NCBI RefSeq assembly: GCF_009914755.1
Contig: NC_060926.1
Origin: the human T2T-CHM13v2.0 reference genome, Homo sapiens
DNA: 64,000 nt
Direction: 5' to 3' (one strand)
Shown here: piece after piece, positions 53,682-64,000 of the stretch
Position numbering within the stretch: position 1 is the stretch's first letter
Layout of the letters: each line of letters opens with the position of its first letter
Translations under genes and position numbers: made by a program
The notes under the pieces: model-generated
The model's input: the letters and a program-made list of their open reading frames with translations, nothing else
The model's database searches: none
Told to the model about the DNA's origin: nothing

Positions 53682-56570
53682 ACTGTTCCTCAGGCAATTC
53701 TCAGGGGCATATGGTTGAGTATCATTTCCTTGGAGGCCTGGAGATCTTGGGCTGAGATGCCTCTGTATCAGGGATGGGTTCTTCACCTTTACTATCTTCA
53801 CTGTTGATCTCAAATCCTGCCTCGAAGGTCCCTTCCTTCTCTGATGTCCTGTTCTGGGCAGTAGCTGTTGGTGGTTGCATGTTTATGAGGTTGATTGGAT
53901 AGAGTTAGTGTCGACTTTATTAATGCTGGCTGTTGTTAATGACTCTCCCCTGAAGCCTTCTCCCTTCCAGGGCATCTTTCCAAAGCCACACACCCAGCAA
54001 ACTTGCCTCTCAGTGGGATTTCCTGTCTCAGTCATCTGTCACTTGCATCCTGGAACATCTCTCCTGAAGCAGCAGGCCACATTTGTTTGCCCATTTATCT
54101 CCTCTCTGGATATAGTAGAAATTAGTTCAGATTTGCACTGGAGACACATGTGGCCCAGGTCAGGTTACATGAATTCCTGTTCTACACCACAGGTGATTTA
54201 TTGGGTTCACTCACTGAGAATGATGCCTCTTCCCTAATTATGCATTCGAAACAGAAACCCATGCATCCTCTGCTCTTTCAATCGTGTTTTAGAGATTTGA
54301 TGCTACAAAACCTACACAACTCTCCTAACGCAAATTTCTTTTTTTAAACGAATGCCACATTTTAGGGCGCTTAATTTTTAATTAGGGTGATTTATGTGTC
54401 ATTTTAAAAAGGCACATTTCTATCAGCTTTCTGGCCATCTCCTACCTGCTTGCTCTTGCCTAACTAATGACACTCGTTAAAGGAGGAAATTTGAGTGCTG
54501 CTTCAGTGAGAAGGGGGTCTTGCTCTTCAATTAAAGTGAGGGGAGACGACACGTGGGGGAACCTGGTGTCTAGGGGACTCAGGTCAAACCTGGGGCTGGA
54601 GCTGGAGTCTAGGGGACTGGGCCATGATCTGGACTAGGAAAATCAGGCTCTCAACAGCCTCAAGACATGAAAATGGATGGTGACATGATGAGAATGTAGT
54701 CGAGTGCACAGACTAACAGCTGCAGATTCCTTTCTGACGTTAATGGGGGTATTAGAAGGCCTGAGAACTGTGTAAATTAAGCCTGGCAGAGACCAGTCCT
54801 GCTGAGGGCTTTGGGCCTCCTCAGTTGTAGTGTGGACAACCTCATTAAAGAGCTGGCATCTTGGGTTTCTATGACTCAAAATGTAAATCAGCGAGGAGCG
54901 GGTCTTGCTATGGATGGCTGCTGGTGGGCTGGGTAAGAAATCATGATTCCGGGAAGTGGGAGAGTTAGTTTGAGGCCTAGCCTTGCCACCAGCCCTCTGG
55001 GACCATGAACAAGTCTCTTTCTCTCTGGGCCTCAGTTTCCTTGTTTGTAAACCCTCTAAAGCCAGCCATTCATAGTTGCCATGGGCTTAGGCTGTTGCAT
55101 TAATGGTGTGTCCACACACGCCTATATCAGAACCACGCAGGAGCTTCCTGGGCCTGACTTCAGTCCTATAGAATCAGAGGATCTGGGTGGGGAGCTTGGA
55201 AAAAGCAGGTGCCACAGGCTCTCTGGGTGATAATTGAGTACAGCCAAGTCTGAGAACCTCTGGTGCCTGAGAAATGGATCTTTAGTTCCTTCTCCTCGCA
55301 GAGGAATTCCAAGACCTCCAGCACTTCTCACCACCCCCACCGTCTCATTGCAAGGATTTTCTCCTTGGTCCAGTATTCTCAAGAGCGCCTTTCGCCCCTA
55401 GTTTCCATGTCTGTGAATACTCTTGCAGGCCCAAGGACCCACTTTGTTCAGTTTGTGTTGATGAGCTGCCTAAGGTATAGAGAAAATAATACTAGGCTCC
55501 AGCCCCCATCTTCTACTAGCTAGTGGGGTGAATGCTGACATAGCTTGCAGTTTTCTATAAATTGGGGATGCTGCCTAATGTACAAGATTTATGTGAGGAT
55601 GAAACGAAATCATGTGGACATAACAGAATACATGGGTTCTTATTATGGGCTAACTTCAGAGACTATCCTAAGGACTTTGAGAGGACCAGCTATGGAGGGT
55701 GGATGGGAAGGGGGTCAGTGAGGGGGTTACAGAGGCCAGATCTTGGGACAGAGAGAACCTTTGGGTGTCCTCATGTCACACAGTAGAGATAAGGCTCTGT
55801 TAGATCCTTGCAGCAAAACAATAACTGAAACAAATGCAAGAGTCATTTCCAACATAAATAATAGCTATGAAAAATTATACTTGCAATGATGGGTTTTCAG
55901 CATTAGTTGTCTCTGGAGTCACCTCACCACCAGAGTCAGCTTTCTGAGGTCAGCTCCTTTTTGGTCCTAATCTTACCATAAACCTTTGCTGGTTTCTGTA
56001 GCATTCAGTCCAAATCCCAGCTCTGCCATGTCCCTTCACATCTTTAGCTAAACATCGGGATGTGCAGTTCCTTACAGCCTTTGTGTAACTTTGTTCCGTT
56101 GTCTAGAATCATCTTGATCTCAACAATTCCTGCTAATTTGGATGCCACTTTCCCCAACTGCTTGCTCTTCTCTCTTGAAGAAAGACACGCATCTCCCTCT
56201 GGGGTGCTGATGCATACCTTTGGCTGTGCCTTGCCTCACTTTATTGTGTGTTTATATCTGCATTGCCAGCTTCTCCCACTAAATTCTAAATTCCTTGAGG
56301 CAGGGAGTCCATGTCACTTATTCAGTCTCCTCAAGAGTGCCTGTCACATAGCAAGTGCTAATGTATGTAGTCAAATAATACAAACCAGATCACCGAGTTT
56401 CAGTAGAAGAATGTCGTGAGGTGGGGTTTCCTTGCATTCTGCTAGGAATTACTCATTCCTTTGGGTTGCACTGCAGAAATTGCACCCACCTTCCCCAGTC
56501 TCCATTTCAATCTTTGAGCTTCTACAATGTGCCCAGCACTGGGGTGACAGTGGTGAAGAAAGAGCAACAT

Positions 56571-56923
<353 letters not shown>

Positions 56924-58379
56924 TCAGCCATGAAAAAGGCTGTGGAGGAGCGGAAACTGCAAGGCTGGGGGTGTGAAAGGATGTTCCTGATCTAGAAGCA
57001 GAGCTGAGGCCAGTACGTCTCAAGAGGGTCACAGATGGTCACAGAGGGTTATGAGGGGTGGCTGCGGAGGGAGGCCAAGGCCCAACCAGGCAGGACCCTG
57101 TGGGCCGTGGCAAGGAGCATGGACCTTATTTAAGGAGTTTAGACAAGAAACTGAAAAAAATCTAAGTCTTTAGAAAGATCATTCTGAGTGATTCCGGAAG
57201 AATGGATGGAGAGAAAATGGAAGTGGGCAAACCACTTGGCAGGCTGCTGTTGTAACCGACCAAGCAAGTCACGGAGGCAGCTTGAATGAGGCTGGTGACA
57301 TAGAGATGGAGGGAGGTGAGTGGATACGAAGGAGACCCTGATAGGACTGGCAGGGGGCCCGAGGTGATGGTGAGAGAGGACAACATAAAGGATGGCACTA
57401 GGGTGGGACCAGGGCTGTCTGACATGACAGAGCCTATGAGGGCTGGTTTCCAACTTCCAAATCCTAGGACAAAGTCAGTCTCCGTATAGATTTACTGAGA
57501 ACCGCCAAGATTCCTGTAGGCCACCCGCAGGAAGGCAGAGTGCGTTTCATTTTTGTGGTCGGGTTCTCCGAAGGAATTAAAAATTTTCTTATTCTTTTGT
57601 AGTCTCCATAGCCCCTTTATTTTGTTGTGTGATCCTTTCCTAAGGTTTTCCTATTCAACATTTATCTTCATTGCTTTGCTGAAAACACACACCAATAATT
57701 TCATCTGTAATATTATAAATGACCTCTGTGTCTATTTTGCCATTAATCTCCCTGCAAAGGGGTTGCATGTAACCATTCTGCACCATACCTCCCCGTAAAA
57801 TATGTCATTTTCTCCTCTTGTTTGTTCAGTAAACAATGCAATTTCAACTGTACCTTGGAGAACTAGTACTAATCATAAACAAATTATAGCTACTACTGAG
57901 ACTACTGCAGGGACCAGGCTTTAGATTCTGCAGCAGAGAAAGCTGCTTGGAATGAGAGCAAAGGGAAGGAGGGCTCATTCAGGCTGGAGGAATAAAGACA
58001 GGAGCACCTGATCATGGGTAGTGGCCCCTTGAGACACCTCCAATGAAGGGAGCCGGGTGGATTCAGCCCTCTTAAAGCTACGCAGGAGGTCATCCTGCCC
58101 CCATGACATCCACGGTAGCCACAGTAGAAGGGCTGGCTACTTTCTAAAGAGACAAGATAGCCACCGGGTGCTGATGCCACTGTCAATCATCATAGCAATA
58201 GCTTCCACCCTCACCACTGATTGAGTGCTTACAATGTTCTAGGTCCTGTACTCAAGGCTTTATGAGCGTTATTTTATTTGGAAAGTACTTTGTAAACCAC
58301 CTAGTGCTAGAAAATGATTAAGATTTCATTTTTAATATTAACCATCTGACATTTACACATGATAAACCCATAAGAGGCT

Positions 58380-58685
58380 TCCACACCTCCATCTTTACTG
58401 AAACGTTACCTTCTCAGCAAGGCCTTCCCTGGTGGCTTTATCTAAAATCTCTGCCTTGGCCTCTAATCCAAATCACAGATACATCGTCTCTCCTTTCCTT
58501 GCTACCTGTATAACTGAGCAATATACACCTTTCTTATTAGTGTTGTTGGTAGTCTGTCTGCCTGACTAGCACTCAGGGGATGGAGAACTTAGCGTGTGTT
58601 TCACTGCTGAATCCCCAGTGCCTAGAACAACACCTAGCACCTGGGAATCACAATAAAAGTTTCTTGAAAGAATAAGTGAATAATG
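58380..58685 (+). mobile_element. L2a 3' end
   Basis: gttaccttctcagcaaggccttccctg ... ttcactgctgaatccccagtgcctagaacaacacctagcac ... aataaaagtttcttgaaagaat. Confidence 0.75.
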
Positions 58686-59077
58686 CTTTTTAATAAATAA
58701 TTTTGGGTAATGGATTCAGAAGCAGGGTTTATGCTTTGTTCATAATATAAAATTAGTATTTCAGAGGACTTCCACATAGCCCCAACTCCTGTGGCTATGT
58801 GTGTACAAAGCTGGCATTTGTTCACATAAAAAGCAAATCATGTAGAAGGCTCCTTGTAGTGATCATGTCCTTCTCTGTGTCTAAAGAACTTGCTCAGTGC
58901 TGCCAACTCCATTCAGGATGATGGCTGCCCATTCATACCTGCAATGGGTCATGGACTGGGAAGCTGATGAAACTGCAACTGGCATGGGCTGCTGGGAGCC
59001 ACCATACATGGAGGAGAGTGATGGCTGATTCACAGTGAGTAGCGAGAGGCTGGGAGACAGTCAGCAAGGGCTTCCCA

Positions 59078-59241
59078 GCTGGGCCCAGTGGCATGTGCCT
59101 GTAGTATTAGCTACTTGGAAGGCTAAGGAGGGAGGATCGCTTTAGCCTTCACTGCAGGAGGTTGAGTCTGCAGTGAGCTATGATTGTGCTTTTGCATTCC
59201 AGCCTGGACAACAGAGCAAGACTCCATCTCTCAAAAAAAAA
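59078..59241 (+). mobile_element. Free right Alu monomer (FRAM-like)
   Basis: A single right arm with an A tail and its own TSD aag(g/t)gcttccca (59066-59077 and 59240-59251). Confidence 0.85.
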
Positions 59242-59729
59242 GTGCTTCCCATTCTAGGCACAAAGCCAAGTGCAAAACAGACTCCAACCTAGCAGTGTGC
59301 AGTGGATGGGCCATTCTTCCAGCTAGGGGGGAGAGGAAGCAGGGTGTCCTTGGAGGAAATGTAAGAAGGTTTGGTGTTATCAAATTTGATAGGTACAGTT
59401 CAGGCAAAGAAACCTGGAAACGGGTAGAGTCCCCTATGAAAAGATGAAGATCACTTGCTATGGCTAGGAGTCAAGAACCTCTTTGTATTTTTTAGTTTTT
59501 AGTTCTTTTCTAAGCCTCTCATGTGAGGGTCTGAACTTCTCAGAACCACAAGATTGGGAGAAACCTAATGAAGAAGGAAAACTGGATGATAGGCAGGCAG
59601 GAAGGATAAATAACAACAACGAAAATAATATTCAGCCTACTATGTATTGGGCATTTTTTGAATGTGTTATCTTTCACTTGATTCCTTCAATGAATATGAC
59701 CGAAATATACAAGAAGATGACTGATTTGG

Positions 59730-60220
59730 TATGGTTACTATAAAAAAATAGAAATAGAAAATAATGAGTGTTGGCAAAGATATAGAGAAATTTGAACCCT
59801 TGTGTGTTGTTGGTGGGAATGTAAAATGGTGTGGCTGATATGGAAAACAATATAGTTGTTCCTCAATTCAGCTTTGAAAAGGAAATAAATTCTAACACAT
59901 GCTTCCATATGGATGAACCTTGAAGACACTATGCTAAGTGAAATAAGCCAGTTTCAAAAAGACAAATGTGCCATTTCACTTACATGAGATACCTTGTGTA
60001 GTGAAATCCATACAGACAGCGGGTAGAATGGTGGTTACAGGGGCTGGGGAGAGGGAGGAATAGGGAGCTGTTTAATGGGTATGAAATTTCAGTTTGGGAA
60101 GTTAAAAAAGTTCTGAAAATTGGTTGCACAGTAATGTTGAATATACTTAAACATTACTGAACTGCACACACAGATATGGTTAAGATGGTAAATTTTATGT
60201 TATATTTTAGAGCAATTTGA
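59730..60220 (+). mobile_element. L1MB-like 3' fragment
   Basis: ggtgggaatgtaaaatggtg, atggatgaaccttgaagacactatgctaagtgaaataagccag, atggttaagatggtaaattttatgtt. Confidence 0.8.
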
Positions 60221-60459
60221 AAGATGACTGATTATCCTGGCCTTGAAAATAAGCCCTAATGAAGACTGTAGGACAGGGGGAAGTCAGTGTGGCCTACTGA
60301 GAAAAGCCTGTGGCTGAGGCCCCATGCAGAGTTCAGGCTCTTCTCTTTCTTCTTTTAAATCCCCTTTCTGTTTGGTTTCCAGTGGAATCTACCGGTGTGT
60401 GAGGCACTGGATATAGCTGGAACTACAGTGCCCTGGCAGTGACGAAGCCTCTGAGCTAA

Positions 60460-60795
<336 letters not shown>

Positions 60796-60800
60796 GATCT

Positions 60801-61124
60801 TTTTTTTAAAATTTAAAATTTTTTTTTTTTTTTTTGAGACAGGGTCTCATTCTGTCATCCAGGCTGGAGTGCAGTGGCACGATCATGGCTCACAGCAGCT
60901 TCAGCCTCCTGGGCTCAAGTGATCCTCCCATCTCAGTCTCCCAAGTAGCCTGGATCACAGGTGTGTGTCACTGCATCTGGCTAAGTAAAAAAAAAAAAAA
61001 AAAATTTAGAGATGAGGTCTCCCTATTTTGCCCAGTCTGATCTTGAACTCCTGGGCTCAAGCAATCCTCCTGCTTTAGCCTCCCAAAGTGTTGAGATGAT
61101 AGGCATGAGCCACCGCACCAGGCC
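60801..61124 (-). mobile_element. AluJ-like element
   Basis: gatcatggctcacagcagc and gggctcaagcaatcctcc; outer TSD ct(c/g)agtgatctt. Confidence 0.9.
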
Positions 61125-61849
61125 ACCTGAGTGATCTTAAACCTGGCATTAGCCTCTCAGCCTCAGTCCGCTTATTTATGAAATGATGGGGTTGGACCAG
61201 GTGAGCTCTGAGGGATGTTTCTCCCTGCGCTGTGGTTCAAGGTCTCAGCCAGCAGCAGGGAACAATGGAGATGAGTTTCCATGTGCAGGAAGAAAGTGTT
61301 AGGGGAGGGTCTGGTAATGGTGATACATGTGGATGACAATTTGGAAAGCATATGGGGAGACTCTCAGCTCAGCTAGAATCCTCTCAGCCCTCAATCTTGC
61401 TACGAAGTACAGGCAGATGGCACAAAGGGCTGCTTCAGACTGGCAGGTCCCCAGGTACACAGGACTCCATTTCCACTTTTACAAGTCTTTCTCAAACACC
61501 AGGGGGATTCTGCCAGGTACTATATTCTCTAGAGTGAAGAGCTACTAAGCAGAGTCTACAATTTCATTTAGGGAAAAAAGGTGAGAAAACAGACAAGACT
61601 TGATGGGAAAAATCTCTGAGGACACCTAGAGGAAACATTCATGCCCACAGGTCTTGGACTGACTGGCCAAGTGACAGGGGCACAAGTGTCTCCTACATAG
61701 TAGGTATTCAATAAATAGTAGACAATGAGGAAAATGTGGATGACAATCTTCAGGCCATCCTGTATACTAGGACAGATATTTTGGCAATTAATAATAAAAA
61801 TACAATAAGTGCTAAAATAGGTGTGTGTTTTGGCTGTTTCAAAACTTAA

Positions 61850-62370
61850 CTGCAAATTCTTTAAAAATCCTCTCGAGAGGACTATGGAGAGATGGAGACT
61901 TTGGTATTCTTCTCATGAGTCGGGCAGGCTCATGACTGCTTGGACTAACAGCATATGATGGAAGCCACCACATAACTTTTGAGGCTAGATCATAAAGACT
62001 GTGCAGCGTCCTCCTTGGTCATGGATACATCTGGCCTTGGAGCCTGGGGCATGCATGTAAGAAGTTTGACTCCCTCAAGGCTACCATGCTAGAGAGGTCA
62101 GGTGTAGGCACTCTGGCGATAGTCCCAGTTGAGCTCAGCCCTCCTGCCATCATTTTCAAGGCAGCAGACATGCAAGCAAAGCCATCCTGGAGCCCACACA
62201 CCTCTTGATCTGCCAGCTGAATCCAATGCATGACCTGTCAATGCCATGTGGCATGAAAAAGTTACCTGCCCAAATTCTTGTCCCACACAATTGTGAAAAA
62301 TGATAAAATGGTTGTTGTTTTTGCTACTATGCTCTGGAGTATTTGTTGCTCAGAAATAGATAACTGGGAT
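61850..62370 (+). mobile_element. MLT1 (H-like) solo LTR
   Basis: catgtaagaagtttgact, ggctaccatgctagagagg, cccagttgagctcagcc, taaaatggttgttgtttt, aatagataactgg. Confidence 0.75.
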
Positions 62371-62597
62371 GTCTGAATGATAGGCACACAGAGAAGGAGT
62401 GTCCAGCCAGGGGGCAAAAGAAGGCTCTAGGAAAGAGATAACACTTGAGTTATCCTCAAAGAGTGGGTAAGAATTCTAAACAAAAGAGAAAAGATAAGGG
62501 AACTCCAGGAACAGATGATGCCATGCTCAGGGAATAGTGACTTGTCTGTGTGACTTTAGTATGAGCTGTGTGAAGTGATGGTCAGATTCAAACATTT

Positions 62598-62683
62598 TAT
62601 TAGGTTGGTGCAAAAGCTATTTTGGTTTTTGCCATTATTTTTACTTTTAATGGCAGAAACTGAAATAGCTTTTGCACAAAATA
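62598..62683. mobile_element. MADE1 mariner-derived MITE (near-palindrome)
   Basis: tattaggttggtgcaaaag...tttttgccatta [loop] taatggcagaaac...cttttgcac. Confidence 0.85.
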
Positions 62684-62721
62684 GCTTCATCAAATTAGCA
62701 AAGACTTGAAAATAATACCCA

Positions 62722-63023
62722 GGCCGGGCGCAGTGGCTCACATCTGTAATCCCAGCACTTTGGAAGTCCTAGGCAGGCAGATCTCTTGTGCCTAGGAGTT
62801 TGAGACCAGCCTGGGCAACATAGTAAAACCTTGTCTCTACTAAAAATACAAAAAAATTAGCTGGGCATGGTGGCACACGTCTGTAGTCCTAGCTACCTGG
62901 GAGGCTGAGGTGGGAGGATCACCTGAGCCTGGGAGTTCTCCTCAGAAGGTCGAGGCTGTAGTGAGTTGTGATCTCAGCACTGCAATCCAGCCTGGGTGAC
63001 TGAGTGTGAGACCCTGTCTTAAT

Positions 63024-63066
<43 letters not shown>
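62722..63066 (+). mobile_element. AluJ-like element with a (TAAA)n tail, inserted in an L1ME-like fragment
   Basis: TSD aaaataatac(c/t)ca at 62709-62721 and 63067-63079; (TAAA)n at about 63025-63066. Confidence 0.92.
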
Positions 63067-63067
<1 letters not shown>

Positions 63068-64000
63068 AAATAATACTCAGTCCTAGCAAGGATGTAGTGA
63101 GTTAGGGACTCTTACATACTGCTGGTGAGAAGGTGAACTGGGAGAACTTTTCTAGAAAAGTTTGGCAGTATGTTTTAAGAACCTTAAAAACTTTGTATTT
63201 AAGACCTTTGAACCCCAAGGTTCCACTTTTAGGAAACTTCCTTGAGGAAATAGAGTTATCAGACGCTTAGATCTAAAAAAACTCATAGCAGATTATAATA
63301 CCATGAAAGCAAAAACAAAGAAACAACATCCCCACAGACAGGGAAACAGTAATAAAAGCTCGTACCCCTGTGTCACACAAGGGTGTTTTTGAAGAACCCT
63401 TATTAACATGAGAAAATTTTCATAATAAATTAACTAAAAAGAAAAGCAACCAGCCAACCAAACAAGCCCAATGCACCTGTATCTAAGACTGTTGGAACAG
63501 CATAGCAAAATCCATTTATATACACAGAAAGGAAAACTAGAAGGAATGTATGTCAAATTGTTAACCATAGTTATCTCTAAGGGAGAGGATTATGAATGCT
63601 TTGAGCTCTCTTTTCTAAACCTTTCTGAATTTCTGTGTCCTATAATGGACATATATAACTTTTACAATCAAAAAAAGGAAGTAAATTTGTCTAAAAGAAG
63701 CATGAGTGAGTCAGTCCTTCTTTTTCCTTCCTAGGCTGATGCTTACATTCTGACGACCCCAATTCACCCTGTTTCTATTCCAATACATGACCTGTATTTC
63801 TATTCACAAAACTCTTCCAAGCCCTTTCATGTCCACTATCTCATTAGTTTCTCTCAATCAATCCAGGAAGCAGGCAGGGTGAGGATTGCGTCTATTTTCA
63901 GAGGGGAAAAAAAGATCCACAGGAAGGTACCAATTGAATGCAGTCTGCTTTATTTTCAGAGATCCACAGCTCATTCACACCCCTGACCCACTCCCTACAG

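Noticed and set aside
61327-61747. 14-bp direct repeat atgtggatgacaat about 407 bp apart as a possible TSD
   Set aside because: There is no poly-A tail or recognisable element between the copies, and one such match in 64 kb is plausible by chance.

Overview
This is human (or closely related primate) genomic DNA lying wholly inside the ALK receptor tyrosine kinase gene, which runs on the minus strand. Four coding exons can be read with intact splice sites: exon 6 (46092-45961, LDLa module), exon 7 (38493-38362), exon 8 (36015-35915) and exon 9 (14668-14499); exons 7-9 encode most of the second MAM domain. Exon numbering is from my recollection of the ALK gene structure. The other ~99% is intron, filled with 17 Alu dimers plus one free right monomer, L1PB/L1M and L2 fragments, MIRs, MLT1 LTRs and DNA-transposon relics (MER1A, MER5, MER2-like, MARNA-like, MADE1). 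Almost all ORF-track entries are spurious. I see no new multi-gene system. The best leads are: (1) a REST/NRSF RE1 site with near-perfect half-sites and an extended 8-bp spacer at 11624-11650; (2) a ~630-bp polyadenylated, 3'UTR-like retro-insertion that splits an MLT1 LTR and carries an ALK-sense AATAAA; (3) the GC-AG donor of exon 8, with a competing frameshifting GT donor 5 nt upstream; (4) a MADE1 hairpin with mirror-image changes in both arms; (5) a PBX-HOX/MEIS/POU motif cluster; (6) an unexplained 38-bp direct repeat near exon 9; (7) several template-switch scars and reused Alu insertion sites. Repeat subfamily names and fragment boundaries are by eye and approximate.
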